Positions 11,936-25,465 of a stretch of 64,000 bases of DNA are shown piece by piece. Under the pieces are notes generated by a model. That model searched no databases and was not told where the DNA came from. It saw nothing but the letters and a program-made list of their open reading frames with translations. This DNA is from Geosiphon pyriformis uo1 (Eukaryota > Fungi > Glomeromycota), in assembly GCA_016748015.1 (NCBI GenBank), contig JAAOMT010000697.1:628868-692867 (forward strand), read 5' to 3'. A program made the translations under genes and the position numbers. Each line of letters opens with the position of its first letter. The first letter of the stretch is position 1.

Positions 11936-14900
11936 CCAGTATTATTATTTAATTTAAAACCATATTAGAAATTAATCTTAGTATAATTTTTAAAGAAAAC
12001 ACACTTATAACACTAATGTTTTTGTTAGCAAAAATGAATTTAAATGTACCAAAATTGTGCAGCATAAGATTAAAATTGGAAATACCAGATTTATTAAACA
12101 ATAAGTTTATTAAGTTATCTTAAATAAAGATAATTTAATTAAACAAAAAATACAGTAAATATTAAATAATAATTTAATAAAAAAATCATTAAGTTTATAG
12201 TTTTTATCTGTTATTTTGATTACAAAAAAGAATAAAAAAATTCATTTCTATATTAACTACTAAAAGCTTAACAGTATTATTTAAAAAAACAACTATTTAA
12301 TTCTTTTGATTCAAAAAATTTTAGATAATTTGGAAAACAAAAAATAATTCTTGTTATTAAACTTAATTAATAAATATTGACAAATTGAAATAGATCTAAT
12401 TGTCAAAAAAAAAACAGTTTTTATTATCTGAAATAGAAATTTTAAGTTTAATATGATGTTTTTTAAATTTTGCAATGCTTCTATTACTTTTTAATGCTTA
12501 ATAAATATTATGTACAAAAGATTTTTATGGAAATCAGTTGTTGTTTACTTAAATAACACCAATGTATTTTTAAAAACATTTAATAATCATATATTTTATT
12601 TTCAACAAGTCTCCAACTGTTCTTAAAATATAAAATTAAAACTTAATTCTGACAAATATTTTTTTGAAAAAACTAAACTTAAATTCCTAAAACACATTAT
12701 TAGAAAAGATAGAATAAAGCCAGATTTAAACAAAGTTTAAAAAGTCAAAAATTTTTTTGTCTTAACCAATTTTTATAAACTACAAAAATTTTTAGAACTT
12801 GCTAAATATTACTACTGTATTATTAAAAAGTTTTTTTAATATTGTTAAATTCTTCTATTATTTGTTTTCAAAATATGTGCTATATATATAAAGAATTAAA
12901 CAGCAAAAAATTTTTAATTATCTTAAATATTAACTTATCAAAGCTTTAATCTTAATATATTTAAATTTTAATAAACAGTTTATTATAGTCATTAATATAT
13001 TAAAAAATATTCTCAAAGTAGTTTTATCTTAAATTAAACCAAATAATAGAAAATATCTGATTGCTTATATTAATAAAAACACTAGTATAGCTAAAAATAT
13101 ACAATATTATAGATTTAAAGTGTTTGTTATTTACTAAACTATACAAAACTAGAAATATTACTTTTGTTAACTATTTAACATATATACTAATTACAAAGAA
13201 CTTATATAGTTATTTAACAAACCACAATTTAAAAGAAGATATGTAAAATAGAGTATTTATTTACAGCAATTTCTATATAAAGTATATTATAAAAAAAGAG
13301 CTAAAAATACCAATGCTGATAGCTTGTTAAAAATAACTTAAATCTAATTTTGTGCTAATAAACACAACTATCTATTAATAATTATATTAATATTTGTTAA
13401 TATTTTAGTTTAAAAAAAAGATATTTTAACAAGAACAAAGTATTATATAAAAACAAACTTAAAACTACCTTATTTACAATAACTAATTATATTGTTAAGA
13501 ATATTGAAATTATATTACACTACAACAAATTATAAAAGATAATAAAAAAAAAATTGTTTTGTTTAATATGTATTTTGATCTAACAGTAGAATACTTTAAT
13601 AATGATATTATCTTATAAAAAACAATTAATTTATATTATTGGCCAATAATATATAAAGATATTTTTAAATATAACTTTTGCCAAAAAAAAGCCAAAATAA
13701 CAGAACAATTTCGATTTATTCTAGTTAAAAATTCATTTGATAAAATTAAAATTAATTTGGTTAGATTTTTTTTAATTATTATAAAAAAATTAATATATTA
13801 TAATAACTGTAGATTATTTTACAAAATAGTTAAAAGCTTAAATCATCTTAGTTGCAAATACAAAACAATAACTAAGTTTATAATCTGCAAATATAGATGT
13901 TCAAAAAAAATATTATTTAATCAGAAAACTTATTTTATTAACAATACTCTAATAAAATTAAGTTAATAATTTGAAAATAAAATAACTCTTATTATTCTTA
14001 TATTATCTTTAAACAAATAGACTGGTAAAATAATTTAACCAAATATTGTGTAAAGCACTAATAAAAATAAATTATAAAAATACACAAAAATAAGACTTAT
14101 TTATATTTTTAATATTATTTACATATAGAATATTGAAGCAAAATACTATTTAGTTTACATCATTTAAATTAATTTATAAAAAAAAACCATATTATTTATT
14201 GAATTAAAAATTTTTTTTTCTGACAAAAACAATTACCAAAGAAAACTTTGAAGTTACTTTATATTAAAAAACATATCAGATTATAAAAACATTATAAAAC
14301 AATTGTAAAACAACAATTGACAATATTAATAAGTCTTAAAAATAACAAAAAAAAGACATAATAATTCTCTTTTAAACCAACTAGTTGAATTTAAAATTAA
14401 AAACCAAGTATTGTTATATTGTACTAAAACTAAAAAACAGTAAAATAAAAAATTTGATCTGAGATAAGATAAATTATTTTACATATATAAGATTTTGAAT
14501 AATAAAACTTATAAACTACAATTAAAAAACAGAATTTAAAAAAAAACTACATATAAAAATTATTTAAAACTTTATTACATAACACAAAAATTGTTATTAT
14601 TTATATTTTAATTAGAAACACAAATTCCATTAATCAAATTTAAAAATACACTACAAGTTCTAAAACCAATTATTATTATTAAATACAATTTATATATAAA
14701 CATTAAATCATGTAAAATAGATATATATAAATACCAAAAAAACAAAAAACAAGTTAATAATATTTTTAATATAAATCTTTTAAACAAAATTTTGAAACTT
14801 TTTTAACAAATAATTAAAATAATTCAACAATTTACAACATTAATAAAAATTACAATTAATAAGAAAAAAATATAATACAAAAATACAACCAAAAAAAAAA

Positions 14901-15700
14901 TAAGCAAAAATTTAATTAAAACTGAATATTTTTATTTCTATAAATAATTAAGAAAAAAAAAGAAAAATACATATACTTAGATGTTCAAAAAATTAAAAAA
15001 GCTTTGAACAACTTAATTATAAAACCAAAAACAAAAAAGTAGATTTCTAAAATCTCCAAAACATAGAAAAAAAGACTTTTATTAACATATTAATTCTTTA
15101 AAATTGGTAAAAAACTAAACTTATAAACATTATATATAGATATTAACAAATGAATATTTAATAGAAAAGCTCTAAAACAAGTAGAAAAATTCATAAAAAG
15201 AAACAATTTGATACTATATTATAAAACAATATACTAACTATATTTAGTATTTAAATACTGTTTAGTTATACATTAAACAATTTATTAAAATCTATTATAG
15301 TTAATAATATAAGATAAATAACAAATTTTTAGTTTGAAAATTTACAAAAACAATACTTAACATAAAAATTGAATATTACAATTTTTAAAGATATATATAA
15401 TTTTACAAAAGCTTAATTCTAAAAAGAAAAAATAATATTATCTAAGTAAAAAAACTATTCTAAAAACTATTAAAAAAATATAATTAATATGTAACAATAT
15501 AAAAAAAATGTAATAATACAAAATAATACAGAATAACATAAAATAATTTAAAATAATATACAATAATATGAAATAACATAAAATAATTAATTATAACATA
15601 AAAAAATAAAGCAATAATAAAAATAGTAAATAATAATTAATAATAACAAGTAATTAAAAGCAATTTTATAAAACTAAAGAATATATAAAAAAATAAATGG
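11936..15700 (+). mobile_element. Very old hypermutated Gypsy element (RT, RNase H, integrase, ORF3, PPT, 3' LTR start)
   Basis: Decayed RT motifs (12456 MFFKFCNASITF* from MPFGLxNAPATFQ; LWKSVVVYLNNTNV). RNase H end NADSLL..I* at 13347. Integrase remnants about 13.5-14.6 kb. Purine tract then TATTATC at 15436. Confidence 0.85.
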
Positions 15701-15799
15701 TTTTAACAAATAAAAAAAAGAATTATTTTTCTTAAAAATATCTTAATCTTAAATAAAATTAACTTTATTATATATATAGTTTGAACAAATTTAATAAAT

Positions 15800-18150
15800 T
15801 TTTTTTATTTTCAATTATTAGTATATAATTCCAATATTCTGATTGTTAAAATCAAATTAATTGTCTTTGTTACTTTTACTACAAAAAACAGTATTAGAAT
15901 CTTAACAATTTAGACTAATTATTTTTGATTACAGTAATTGATAATATTAATTTTTTTTATTTTTATTTTTTTTTATCTTGATTTTTTTTTCTCTTTTATA
16001 AAGTAACAACATCAAAAATTGATTGTCTAAAAATAAATTTTGTAATAATTTAGTAAAAAAAAAGTTTTTTTTAGATTTAAATATTAATTTTATTTTGTTA
16101 GCTTACTAAAAAAAACAAAAAAACAACACCAAATTTTAGTAATTATGCTTACTAGTTTGGAAAAAAATATAATAAAAACAATACAATTAAAGAAATCAGA
16201 ATATTATGTCTTATAATAAAAAAACTTAACAAATATAATTACAGACAAAAAAACTTTAAAAACTAATAATTGACTTAACTAAAAAAACTATTACATTAAT
16301 GTTCAATCAGTTTTTATTATTAAAACATGAGCATTAAAAATTATGATGTTATCTTACCAAATTTATTTGTAGTAACATTCAAGTTTAAATTAACAATAAA
16401 AATTATTATTTTTGTCAATAAAAACAAAAGAATTGCAAATACATAAAGATTCAAGTTTAGACTATTTAATCTATAAAAAATACTAAATATTTAATTAACC
16501 AAAAGTTTTAGAGACTTTTTAAAACCATTAGATAAACATTAACAAAAACAATCAAACTTAATAGCAAATTTTTAACAACAAAAAAAAACCACTAAAAAAT
16601 GAAAAATTAGCATAAAAGTCATGATAAATATTAATAAAAATATCTGTTAAAAAAACTATTTGTGTTCAAAACTTGCTGTTAAAAGCTGTTGATTATAAAA
16701 TAAAAATTTATTTTTTGGCAAAAAGATGAATCAATTAAAAATAATTTTTATTTAAAACTAATTTTATATAAACTTTTTTCAAAAAAGAAATAGTCACACT
16801 AAAGATATTATATTTAAGAAAAAAATGGCCAAAATACTCATGTTTTTTATAGTATATCAATCTTAATTTAGTTTAGAAAAATTTTGTATTATTAAAAATT
16901 GGCTCTATGTAAAAGACTGATTTTAAATTTTTTTCTAAAACAAAACTAACCATAACACAACAAACTTTATTATCAGTTTTATAGGAATAGTTAATCATAC
17001 AAGTTTTTTTACCAATTTTTTTAATTAAAATATTCAAATTATAAGCAGTTGTTTTTATAAACAAAGTAAACAAAAACACTTTAAAATAATTTTTTAACAT
17101 CCAAATATTATGATTATCTATAACTTTAATAATACTTATTAAATATTTCTTAATTAGAAATAACCAATTAATAACCAAAACATCAATCTAACTTGATTTA
17201 ATAGATTTTATCACAGCTTTTTATTACAATTTAATTAATTATAATTGGATTGATATTATTTGATCATACTTAATTATTGTGGTAATAATTATGTTCTTAG
17301 GTGTATTTATGAGAATTTTTTTGATGATTACAGTTTAATTTGAATAAAAACTTTGTTTTTTGAGATTAATATTTACAATAATGCTTTTTTTTTCAGTTAA
17401 TAATATAATTTTTTTATGTCTTTTTAGATATAAATATAGATCTGATAATTTTTTTAAATTTTGAAAAAATAATAACTTTTCAAAACTATTAATTAATAAA
17501 AAATATTTCTAATAATTTGTACTTTTATTATAGTCAATTTTTTTTTAATTGTTAAGAAATTAATATTCAAAATAAAAAATTTTTTAATAGAAATTATTAT
17601 TTAAGTTTTCATAATTTTTGAATCAGTCCACTTTTTGTTTAAAAAAATATTGAGAAAGAATAAAAAAAGTTTACTATTTTCTTCTATATTAAAACTAAAA
17701 AAAGAATTACAATTCATATTAATATTTATTCTTTTGGCTTTGAAAATAACAGCTGCCAAACTTAGAAAAAACTTATTATTAACATTAACTAAAATACTAC
17801 TGTTATTACTATTACTAAATTTGTTGTTTATATCTGAATAAACATTATTATTAAAACCAAACTTAATTAAAGAAATAGTTTTTTTATCACTAAAATATTT
17901 TATATTATCAAAAAAAATTTTTTTTGGTAAATTTTATGTTTTTGTATTAATTAATAAAAAATATGTATTTTTTTAATAATTAAACAAATTTAAAAATATT
18001 GTTTTTTTTATTATTAACTTAATTATTAAATTTTAAAAAATAAAAATAGATCTTAAAAGTTGTTATAAAACTGTTTTTATTATTAAATATAATACATATA
18101 AATTTACAATTATGCTTTTTAGTTGACAAATATTTTTTTTATTTTTTAAT
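15800..18150 (-). mobile_element. Decayed LINE-like element, ORF1 region
   Basis: Remnant ORF 16873-17178 (FKVFLFTLFIKTTAYNL...GKKTCMINYS...CCVMVSF) resembles ORF1 of Glomeromycota LINE-like elements after C>T/G>A decay. Boundaries approximate. Confidence 0.6.
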
Positions 18151-18853
18151 AATTAATAAGCAAAGTATTTAAATTAATTAATAAAAATTTTGATTTTTTT
18201 ATATTTATTTTTTCAAAAACTTAAGATAAATATTGTTATAAGTATTTTTTTAGGTGAATTTTTGTAATTTAGTATTATTATATATATAATAAATTTAAAC
18301 TTATTTTCAAATAGTCTGACCTGAATAAATTATTTATTTCTTATATTAATATTTCTAATGTAATACATAATATTATTTTATGCCAATGAATTTCGGGCTG
18401 TTAAATATCTGGTGCCAAGTCCAAATCAGGAAGTAAGGTTTATTAAAATGCTTACGAGGATTATCGTTCCAGGAGTGACCATAAATTTTCAATTAAAAAA
18501 ATCTGAATCGTCTTACATTTGTAAATAATGCTTTTCTGAACCATGTTTTAGTGAATTCATAATGATCCTTCTCCATTGAACGTTTATAATAATCATTTGG
18601 GCTTGTTTTTAATCGTTTGATCCGGGTAGATTTGATGTTACAATTTCAGTCTAACCTTTGCTAAAGTTAGAATTGAAATGAAAAAGGTGTTAAATTAAAA
18701 ACAATTTTTTATTGATTGGTATATTATTTGTTTTTATCAACAGAAAATAAATAAAAATAAAAAAATTCAGAATCAACAATTTTTTTATTTATTTAAATTT
18801 AAATAAATTAAATTTAAGATATATAAAAATATATATAATTTAATTAAACAAAT

Positions 18854-18854
18854 A

Positions 18855-18931
<77 letters not shown>

Positions 18932-18934
18932 TAA
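18854..18934. repeat. (AAT)n microsatellite upstream of IDH1
   Basis: Direct reading of an imperfect AAT tandem array. Confidence 0.95.
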
Positions 18935-19073
18935 GATATAAAAAAATAAACTTTGAAAGTCTTATTTTACAAACCATTCACTTCAATCATAATGTTCATA
19001 ATATTCTCAAGATTCCAAAAAAGGAATTTAAAATATTAACAAACTTGGATTATTATCGTCGACCATTAGAACA

Positions 19074-21123
19074 ATGCATTTCTTAATGAAAGGAAACCCT
19101 GTTGTTGCTTTGAATCTCGTGGCAAGATATAACATTTCAAGAAATATCCCTCGAAAGTAAGTTATTCTCTGCGAAATCGAAAGGTACTTGAATTCTTTAC
19201 CTTGTTCCAAAGGAGCTATTTCCTTCTTTTTAAAGGAAAATTTTTTTACTCTTTCATCTTGATTAAACACTTTCCCAGAATATCTCCAGGGGTTTTAGGT
19301 GCAAAGCAGGTACAACAGCCATAGTTCTCAAAGAAGCCAAGTTATTTTTGTTATACAGGCAAAGAAAAAAGTTTATAAGCGCACTCTTAAACTTTTCGTT
19401 TTTTCTGTCGAACAGCTGTTTTCCCGCGCTAATAGTTCTACTGCCGCTTCGACTACTTTTCCTGGTACTTCCAGGGTAAGTACTTTATTTTCAAAAAGCT
19501 AAAACCTTTGGTGGGCTGTTTTCAAGTGCTAAAAAAGCTCAAAAATTCAGATTAATTCTATCTGTCTGGAATATCATGAGATAGGGAAATGCTAAAAAAT
19601 CAAAAAATCCACACAATTTCTTTTGTTATCAACCAGATCCTTATGGAAAATGCCTCGGGTGATAAGACTTTCACAAACTAATCTTCAATCCCTTTCATTT
19701 ATAGAAAGGATTTACGAAATATGGGGGAAAGTACACTGTCACACTGATTCCCGGGGATGGTATAGGGCAAGAAACTGCTTCCGCGGTTAAAACAATCTTT
19801 AGGGCCGCCAATGTACCGATTGAGTGGGAACAACTAGATGTCACAGGCTACACTGAAAAAGGAGATGCCCTTTTTCAACAAAGTGTTGAAAGTTTACGGA
19901 GGAATAAAGTGGCACTAAAGGGTATTGGATAAATGTTCCTTTTATGCCTCATCTGGTTCGATATGGGAAAATATATAAATTCTGTTTCCTCTCATCTTTC
20001 ATCCAATCCAGGTATTCTTTATACCCCCATCTCAAACCTAGGTCATTCCTCCTTCAATGTAGCTCTGCGCAAAGATCTTGATATATATGCTTCTTTGGTC
20101 ATTATAAAGAATATAGCGGGTTACCCCACACGTCATAAAAATGTCAATTTTGCCATTATTCGTGAAAACACAGAAGGAGAATATTCTGGCTTAGAGCATC
20201 AGGTAAGCATTTTGAATCTTTCAAAATCTTATATCATTTTTAATCCAAATATTTTATCACTTCGAAAGTCATACCCAGGAGTTGTTGAATCATTGAAAAT
20301 TGTGACACGTGAAAAGACAGAACGTATCGCGCGTTTTGCCTTTGATTTTGCCCTCAAGAACGGACGAAAAAAGGTGACTTGTGTCCATAAAGCTAATATC
20401 ATGTAAGTATTGTTCCTTCTCTGAAATTTTTCATTTTTCCTAGCAAACAATCCACAATAATAACTCCTCAGGAAACTTGGTGATGGCCTATTTCTAAACA
20501 CATGTCGGGAAGTAGCGAAGCAATATAAATCGACCGGAATTGAATTCGAGGACATGATTGTGGATAATTGCTCTATGCAATTGGTATCCCGCCCTCAACA
20601 ATTTGACGTGATGGTGATGCCAAATTTATACGGCAATATTGTCAGTAACGTGGGAGCTGCTTTGGTTGGTGGTCCTGGTATCATTCCTGGGGCAAATATT
20701 GGAAGTGATTATGCTCTTTTTGAACCGGTATATTTCGTTCATGTTAAATATTATTTTTGTCTGGTGAAAACCATAATCAAAAGCATATTTGGCTTGCTCT
20801 TTTTGTCCAGGGCTGTCGACATGTTGGAAAAGATATTCAAGGAAAAAACCGCGCCAACCCTTCTGCATTACTGCTTTCGGGGGTGATTATGTTGCAACAT
20901 CTGAATCTAGAAGACTATGCCACGAGGATTTCAAATGCAGTCTATAAAACTATTGAACGAGGATCAGTAAGCCATTTAACAAATCATATATATCAGTTAC
21001 CGTTGAAATTGCAATTTCACTTTACTAATATCTTTCGCATTTCGATTCTAGGCCAAGACGCCTGATATGGGAGGCTTTTCGACAACAACCGATTTCACAC
21101 TAGCCGTGATTTCTAACCTATAA
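19074..21123 (+). CDS. IDH1: Mitochondrial NAD-dependent isocitrate dehydrogenase subunit 1 (regulatory)
   Basis: Presequence-like exon 1 [27 protein letters not shown]. Motifs [54 protein letters not shown]|[37 protein letters not shown] and TPDMGG. Stop at 21121-21123. Confidence 0.95.
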
Positions 21124-21249
21124 AGATTTTATTGAATTCATGCTATTGCTTATTCATATAGATTCTTTGTAATTAATTTATAGTTCATGACTATTAAAAT
21201 ATATCCATAAAACCAATTTCGAGAAACGACGATGAAGCATTTAGTTAAC

Positions 21250-22340
21250 AAAGCTTTTTTTTTTTGGTTGTAGTGTTTGATGTGCCTGATTTTAATAACG
21301 TAGGCGTTAACAGAGCGGATGGATTGTGAAACATCAATAATAGGCAATACTAAGCGTTGCGGTGTAATACCTATTATTTCCTGCTCCATCAAGCAATGCC
21401 CGGAGGAATATCCCTCGAAGGTCTATAATTCATAATCCCAAAATCTAAGCAGTTCTACACTTTAGACCCTCCGATTCTTTGGATGTTGCCACATTGAAGT
21501 AAGCTTCGTTCTGAATAATAATACTAATTCCTCGGCCTTGCTGATCAGGCGTTGAAGCAATAATGCGTCCAAAAAAGCATTTTCCAGCCAGTTTTTCATG
21601 TAATCTTTCTTGTCTTGCGATTCACTGTGTCCGAAACTTTCAAAGGAGGAATGACGATGGCTCTTTCGAGATCGAAATGATAGAGTGTGCTAATAGCCCT
21701 TGCCAATTCGCATTACGCTTAATTACTTCTTCCCTAGGAATCAATGCTTCGTCGATTGCCTCATCAATAATATTCGCGGACGCTTTGCTGCGCATACCTT
21801 AAAGCAACATGCCGAGACGCGTTCACCCCATATCGCAGCTTTTCGTTTTCGTATTCATAGCGTCTTTTCCTGCCCAAACATCTGTGTAAAGCTTAAATTT
21901 ATCTTTGATGGATTGAGGCTTTATCCAAGCTTGTTGTGATGGACCGATGTGGGAATTTTTGGTATAAAGTGGCAATGTCGACTCCAGTAGACAACAGTAA
22001 TGTAAGCAATCTCATCAAGTCCAACCACTGCTTCAAGAGCTGCTTTTGAGGATGGTTCGAATACACCTTGATTAATAGTGTACGGTTGAGAGATAACGAC
22101 TGTGTTGATGGCAAGAATGTCTTGTGAGAGTCCATACTCGTCGGAAGTCGTATTATCGAAAAGAACACGAGTTTTGTAGAATGAAGGAAGTTGATACGTG
22201 ACCCGACATCGTAGTTGGAAATTAAGAGGAGGAGTTGCACTAGAGACACGGGCGTAGAGGAAACCTTTCTTGGTAACAGAGATGGTGGTAGGGGCATCAG
22301 CATTATAAGTTTATTTTTGAACTGATTTTTAGCACATCCT
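21250..22340 (-). pseudogene. Intronless, frameshifted coding remnant of unknown origin; candidate totivirus-capsid-like endogenous viral element
   Basis: ATG-less open frame 22310-21921 (TYNADAPTTISVTKKGFLYARV...KTRVLFDNTTSDEYGLSQDIL...) followed by broken protein-like frames. GC-richer than the flanks and retains CpG. The viral resemblance is by eye only. Confidence 0.35.
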
Positions 22341-22445
22341 TTTCATCAACTTATGAAACATATATATATATCTGTCTTTTGGACATACTCAGTCAACTAA
22401 TTTTTCTCTTATCATTTCCCACTTTTTATTGAATGATTTTTCTAA

Positions 22446-23649
22446 ATGGTTAGGCTTACAAGTCTTTTCAAAAGTATCTATCAACCACCCTTTGGTTATG
22501 AAAAATCTGTATTTCGTGGTTACGCTCTCTTAAATCGTTTCAAAGTTAAAGGTATAAGTAGTCTTTACATACTTCGGGTGGGAAAGGCTCCTACAATATG
22601 CTTCCACTTTTTTTATAAAACGCTATCCACAATTTACCAAGAATTCTAAGCTTTTTTCTTTTTTTTTAGTGCCAAACGTACCGAACACTATTTTTAATTC
22701 CCAGTCAAGACATCATTGTTTAGATAAAAACGTATCAAGAAAAAAGGGAGCGCTTTATAATAGTCTTTTTCATATTGGGCTCCGTGATCACGTGGATCTA
22801 CAATTCGTTTCTTTATCATCAAAAAAACGACCACATATTTCCTTTTATAAGAGTGCAACTTTGCAGCAAGCCTTTTTTTCCCGGAAACCTTCAAATGATT
22901 GGCTATACAGGAATTCTAGAAATCTTGGATTTAAGGGGCAAGATTGGAAGACCACAGCTATTGCATTGGCTGGTGGTGCCTTGACCTTGATTTTGCTCCC
23001 TCCATTAGTAGGCTTTGCCATCAATGTGGCATTGGCTTATGGAGTATACAAACTTATCAAAACTGGAATTCAACGATATCGAGACATGATTGGTCAACCT
23101 GATTTATTCCCAAATAATGGTTTAAATTCAAGAGACAACCTTACTCCTAATAGAATCTTCCCCTTTAGCGACTTTGGAATCAAAAACATATTCTTTCCAT
23201 CAACATCATCTGCTGATATTGATAAATTGTTCAGATTCGCAATTGAAAAAATTCAACAAATGCACCGAGGCACTAGCCGGGAGAGCGAAGTATTGAGATT
23301 TGAATTTGGAGACAATCCAGAAGTTGTTAACTATTCAAAGCCTCATTCAATATCAATGTCTAGCGTATCAGGATTCAATTCTCAAGGAGGAGGATATAAT
23401 CAAAATAACATAAGACTAAAATTTATTGCTAAATCACCCTATGGTCAAACTAACCACGCTTTGGTGAGAGTGACTGGCTCTATTATGAAAGATCAAAATA
23501 GAGAAGAAACAGTGAAATTAGAAGAGATATTAATTCGATGGGGAGCTACAGGGAACCGAATATCTGTCGTCATTCCAGAAAACCAAACTGAATATAGCAT
23601 TGATCAAGAAAGAGAAATACCAGAGGCCGAGTTTCGGGATATCAAATGA
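22446..23649 (+). CDS. Hypothetical membrane protein, probably mitochondrial, with a possible Tim21/Coa1-like C-terminal domain
   Basis: Exon 1 from ATG 22446, GT-AG intron ending about 22669, then a long open exon. Basic N-terminus, hydrophobic segment AIALAGGALTLILLPPLVGFAINVALAYGVY, then a helix and beta-strand pattern (IRLKFIAKSPYGQTNHALVRV). Confidence 0.7.
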
Positions 23650-23684
23650 AATTGGATTTAAGCTCATAAATTATAATTTTTCAT

Positions 23685-25465
23685 TTATTTTTTGCGTATT
23701 AATTTGCGCTCCCACCAGCTTCTGAAAGGGACGTAGTTTGTAATGATTCCAATCGCTTCAAGACTTTTATTTGAAAGATGACAATCATAGGGGCGTGTTG
23801 CTAAGAACAGGAAAATCCAAAATTAAGGCTGGATTTTTTCAGGGAACAAATCAAGAATAAGATATTACCATCTGTATCCACGGGCTTTTTGACTTCTGGT
23901 GTAATATGATCAAATGGAATGCCCAGAATATCAGCAAGCACACCTAAAAATTAATATATAATTTGAAATCTGGTCGTAGAATCTGGATGGGCTTGACAAG
24001 CATTAAAATATTAATAGAATCACTTACTGCACATTTTATATTTGGTGAAAGGTTCTTGAGCACTAAAATGATAAGTTCCACTTACAGAGAAATTTTCTTG
24101 GAGGTGTCTCACTACACAAAAAAATCTCAGTGTCAAGCATCTCTAGATAACTCGGCTGACTGCAGGTTCAAAACAATAGCCCACTTACCGGATATATCCT
24201 TGATCACCCTAGCAACATCATCGACTTTTCATTAATATCAAAGAAAAATTATTGTTGATCTTGAAAGAGTTTCCAATAGAATTTATCATAATGAAATTTA
24301 CCATTGGACGGATATCGAATTGCATAATTATCCATTGAAACTTTTTTATTTCTGTCCTAAAATTTATTTGAAAGTGTAATCAAAAAAGAAAAGCAAAAAA
24401 AAACTCCGAATTTGTAACAAGTTTACCTTGACAACATACAACAAAATATTTACGGCTGATTCTGCAGGGTCCTCCACATCACCATATCTGTACAAAAAAT
24501 CAAACAAAAACTTATTAGCTTAGCGATCCAATCAAGACAGACTATTAAACCTTGAGAATTAAGGATAATACAAGACTGGGACGCGCAGAATAACCGCTTT
24601 TGAATTGGAATTCCTGATAGCGATTTCGCCCTGATATTTTGAATTTCCTGGAAAAAAGATTGATAATCTTATGTTAACATTCAAAGTAAAATCGAATAAA
24701 AAGCAATAGGCTATCACTCGCCATAAAAATTTAGGGGGTTCGCCTCTGCATCTACATCATAAGGTGGAGTTTTCCCATCAAAAACATAGTCGGTCGAAAT
24801 GTAAATTAAGAGAATATTTAATTTTTCAGAAATGGTGGCGAGATACTCGGGCACTTGGACGTTTAGCTGGAAAACATTCAGAATCAATAAAGTATTAATA
24901 ACAGATTTTTTTCTGTTTTGGATTTCTCAATGATTTACTTTAAGCGTCTCATCTTTCCTTTTCTCAGCAACATCTGGGCGACGCTCGGCGGCGCAATGTA
25001 CAATGACTACAATCAAACAGAATGAGATTTAGAATGGTTAATTCTATATGTTTTTGGGAACATCACAGTGGATCCTGGATTTTTCTAAAAAGCATCAACC
25101 AATTACCTTTGGGATTTGTTTCTTTGATAAATGATTCGACTGCAGATGTATCTGTTAAATCAAGCTGGAAGTAGGAGATCAATGATCATAATCGATACTT
25201 ATTAGACAAAGATGTCAATTAAAACGATCCAAAGGATAATTATCTACATGATACCTGTTTCAAATCACCCTTAACTCTCGTCTTCGCGATTCCAATTACT
25301 ATTTTATTCAATAGTTAAAAAGCTTTAACAGTAAAATTCAGACTTGATTATTAACGTCAAAAAAACAATTTCTTTCTATGCATTACCGTCAAGGTTATGG
25401 CGGCTTAAAGTTTTGTATACAGCGCGTCCAAGTAGACCCGAAGCTCCGGTCACAAGAATTGACAT
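23685..25465 (-). CDS. MAT2B: RmlD-substrate-binding SDR, methionine adenosyltransferase II beta-like
   Basis: MSILVTGASGLLGRAV, IVHCAAERRPD, YISTDYVFDG, PLNFYG|NSK, ILRVPVLYG. Many short introns, one of them GC-AG (24648-24721). Stop at 23685-23687. Confidence 0.9.

Noticed and set aside
7200-18350. Short K/I/L/F/N-rich ORFs as real genes, or as organellar/endosymbiont DNA
   Set aside because: They are by-products of AT-decayed TE sequence; decayed RT, integrase and LINE motifs are recognisable underneath.
21380-21430. DLRGIFLRA resembling a phage tail-collar motif
   Set aside because: A very short match flanked by stops, with no supporting context.
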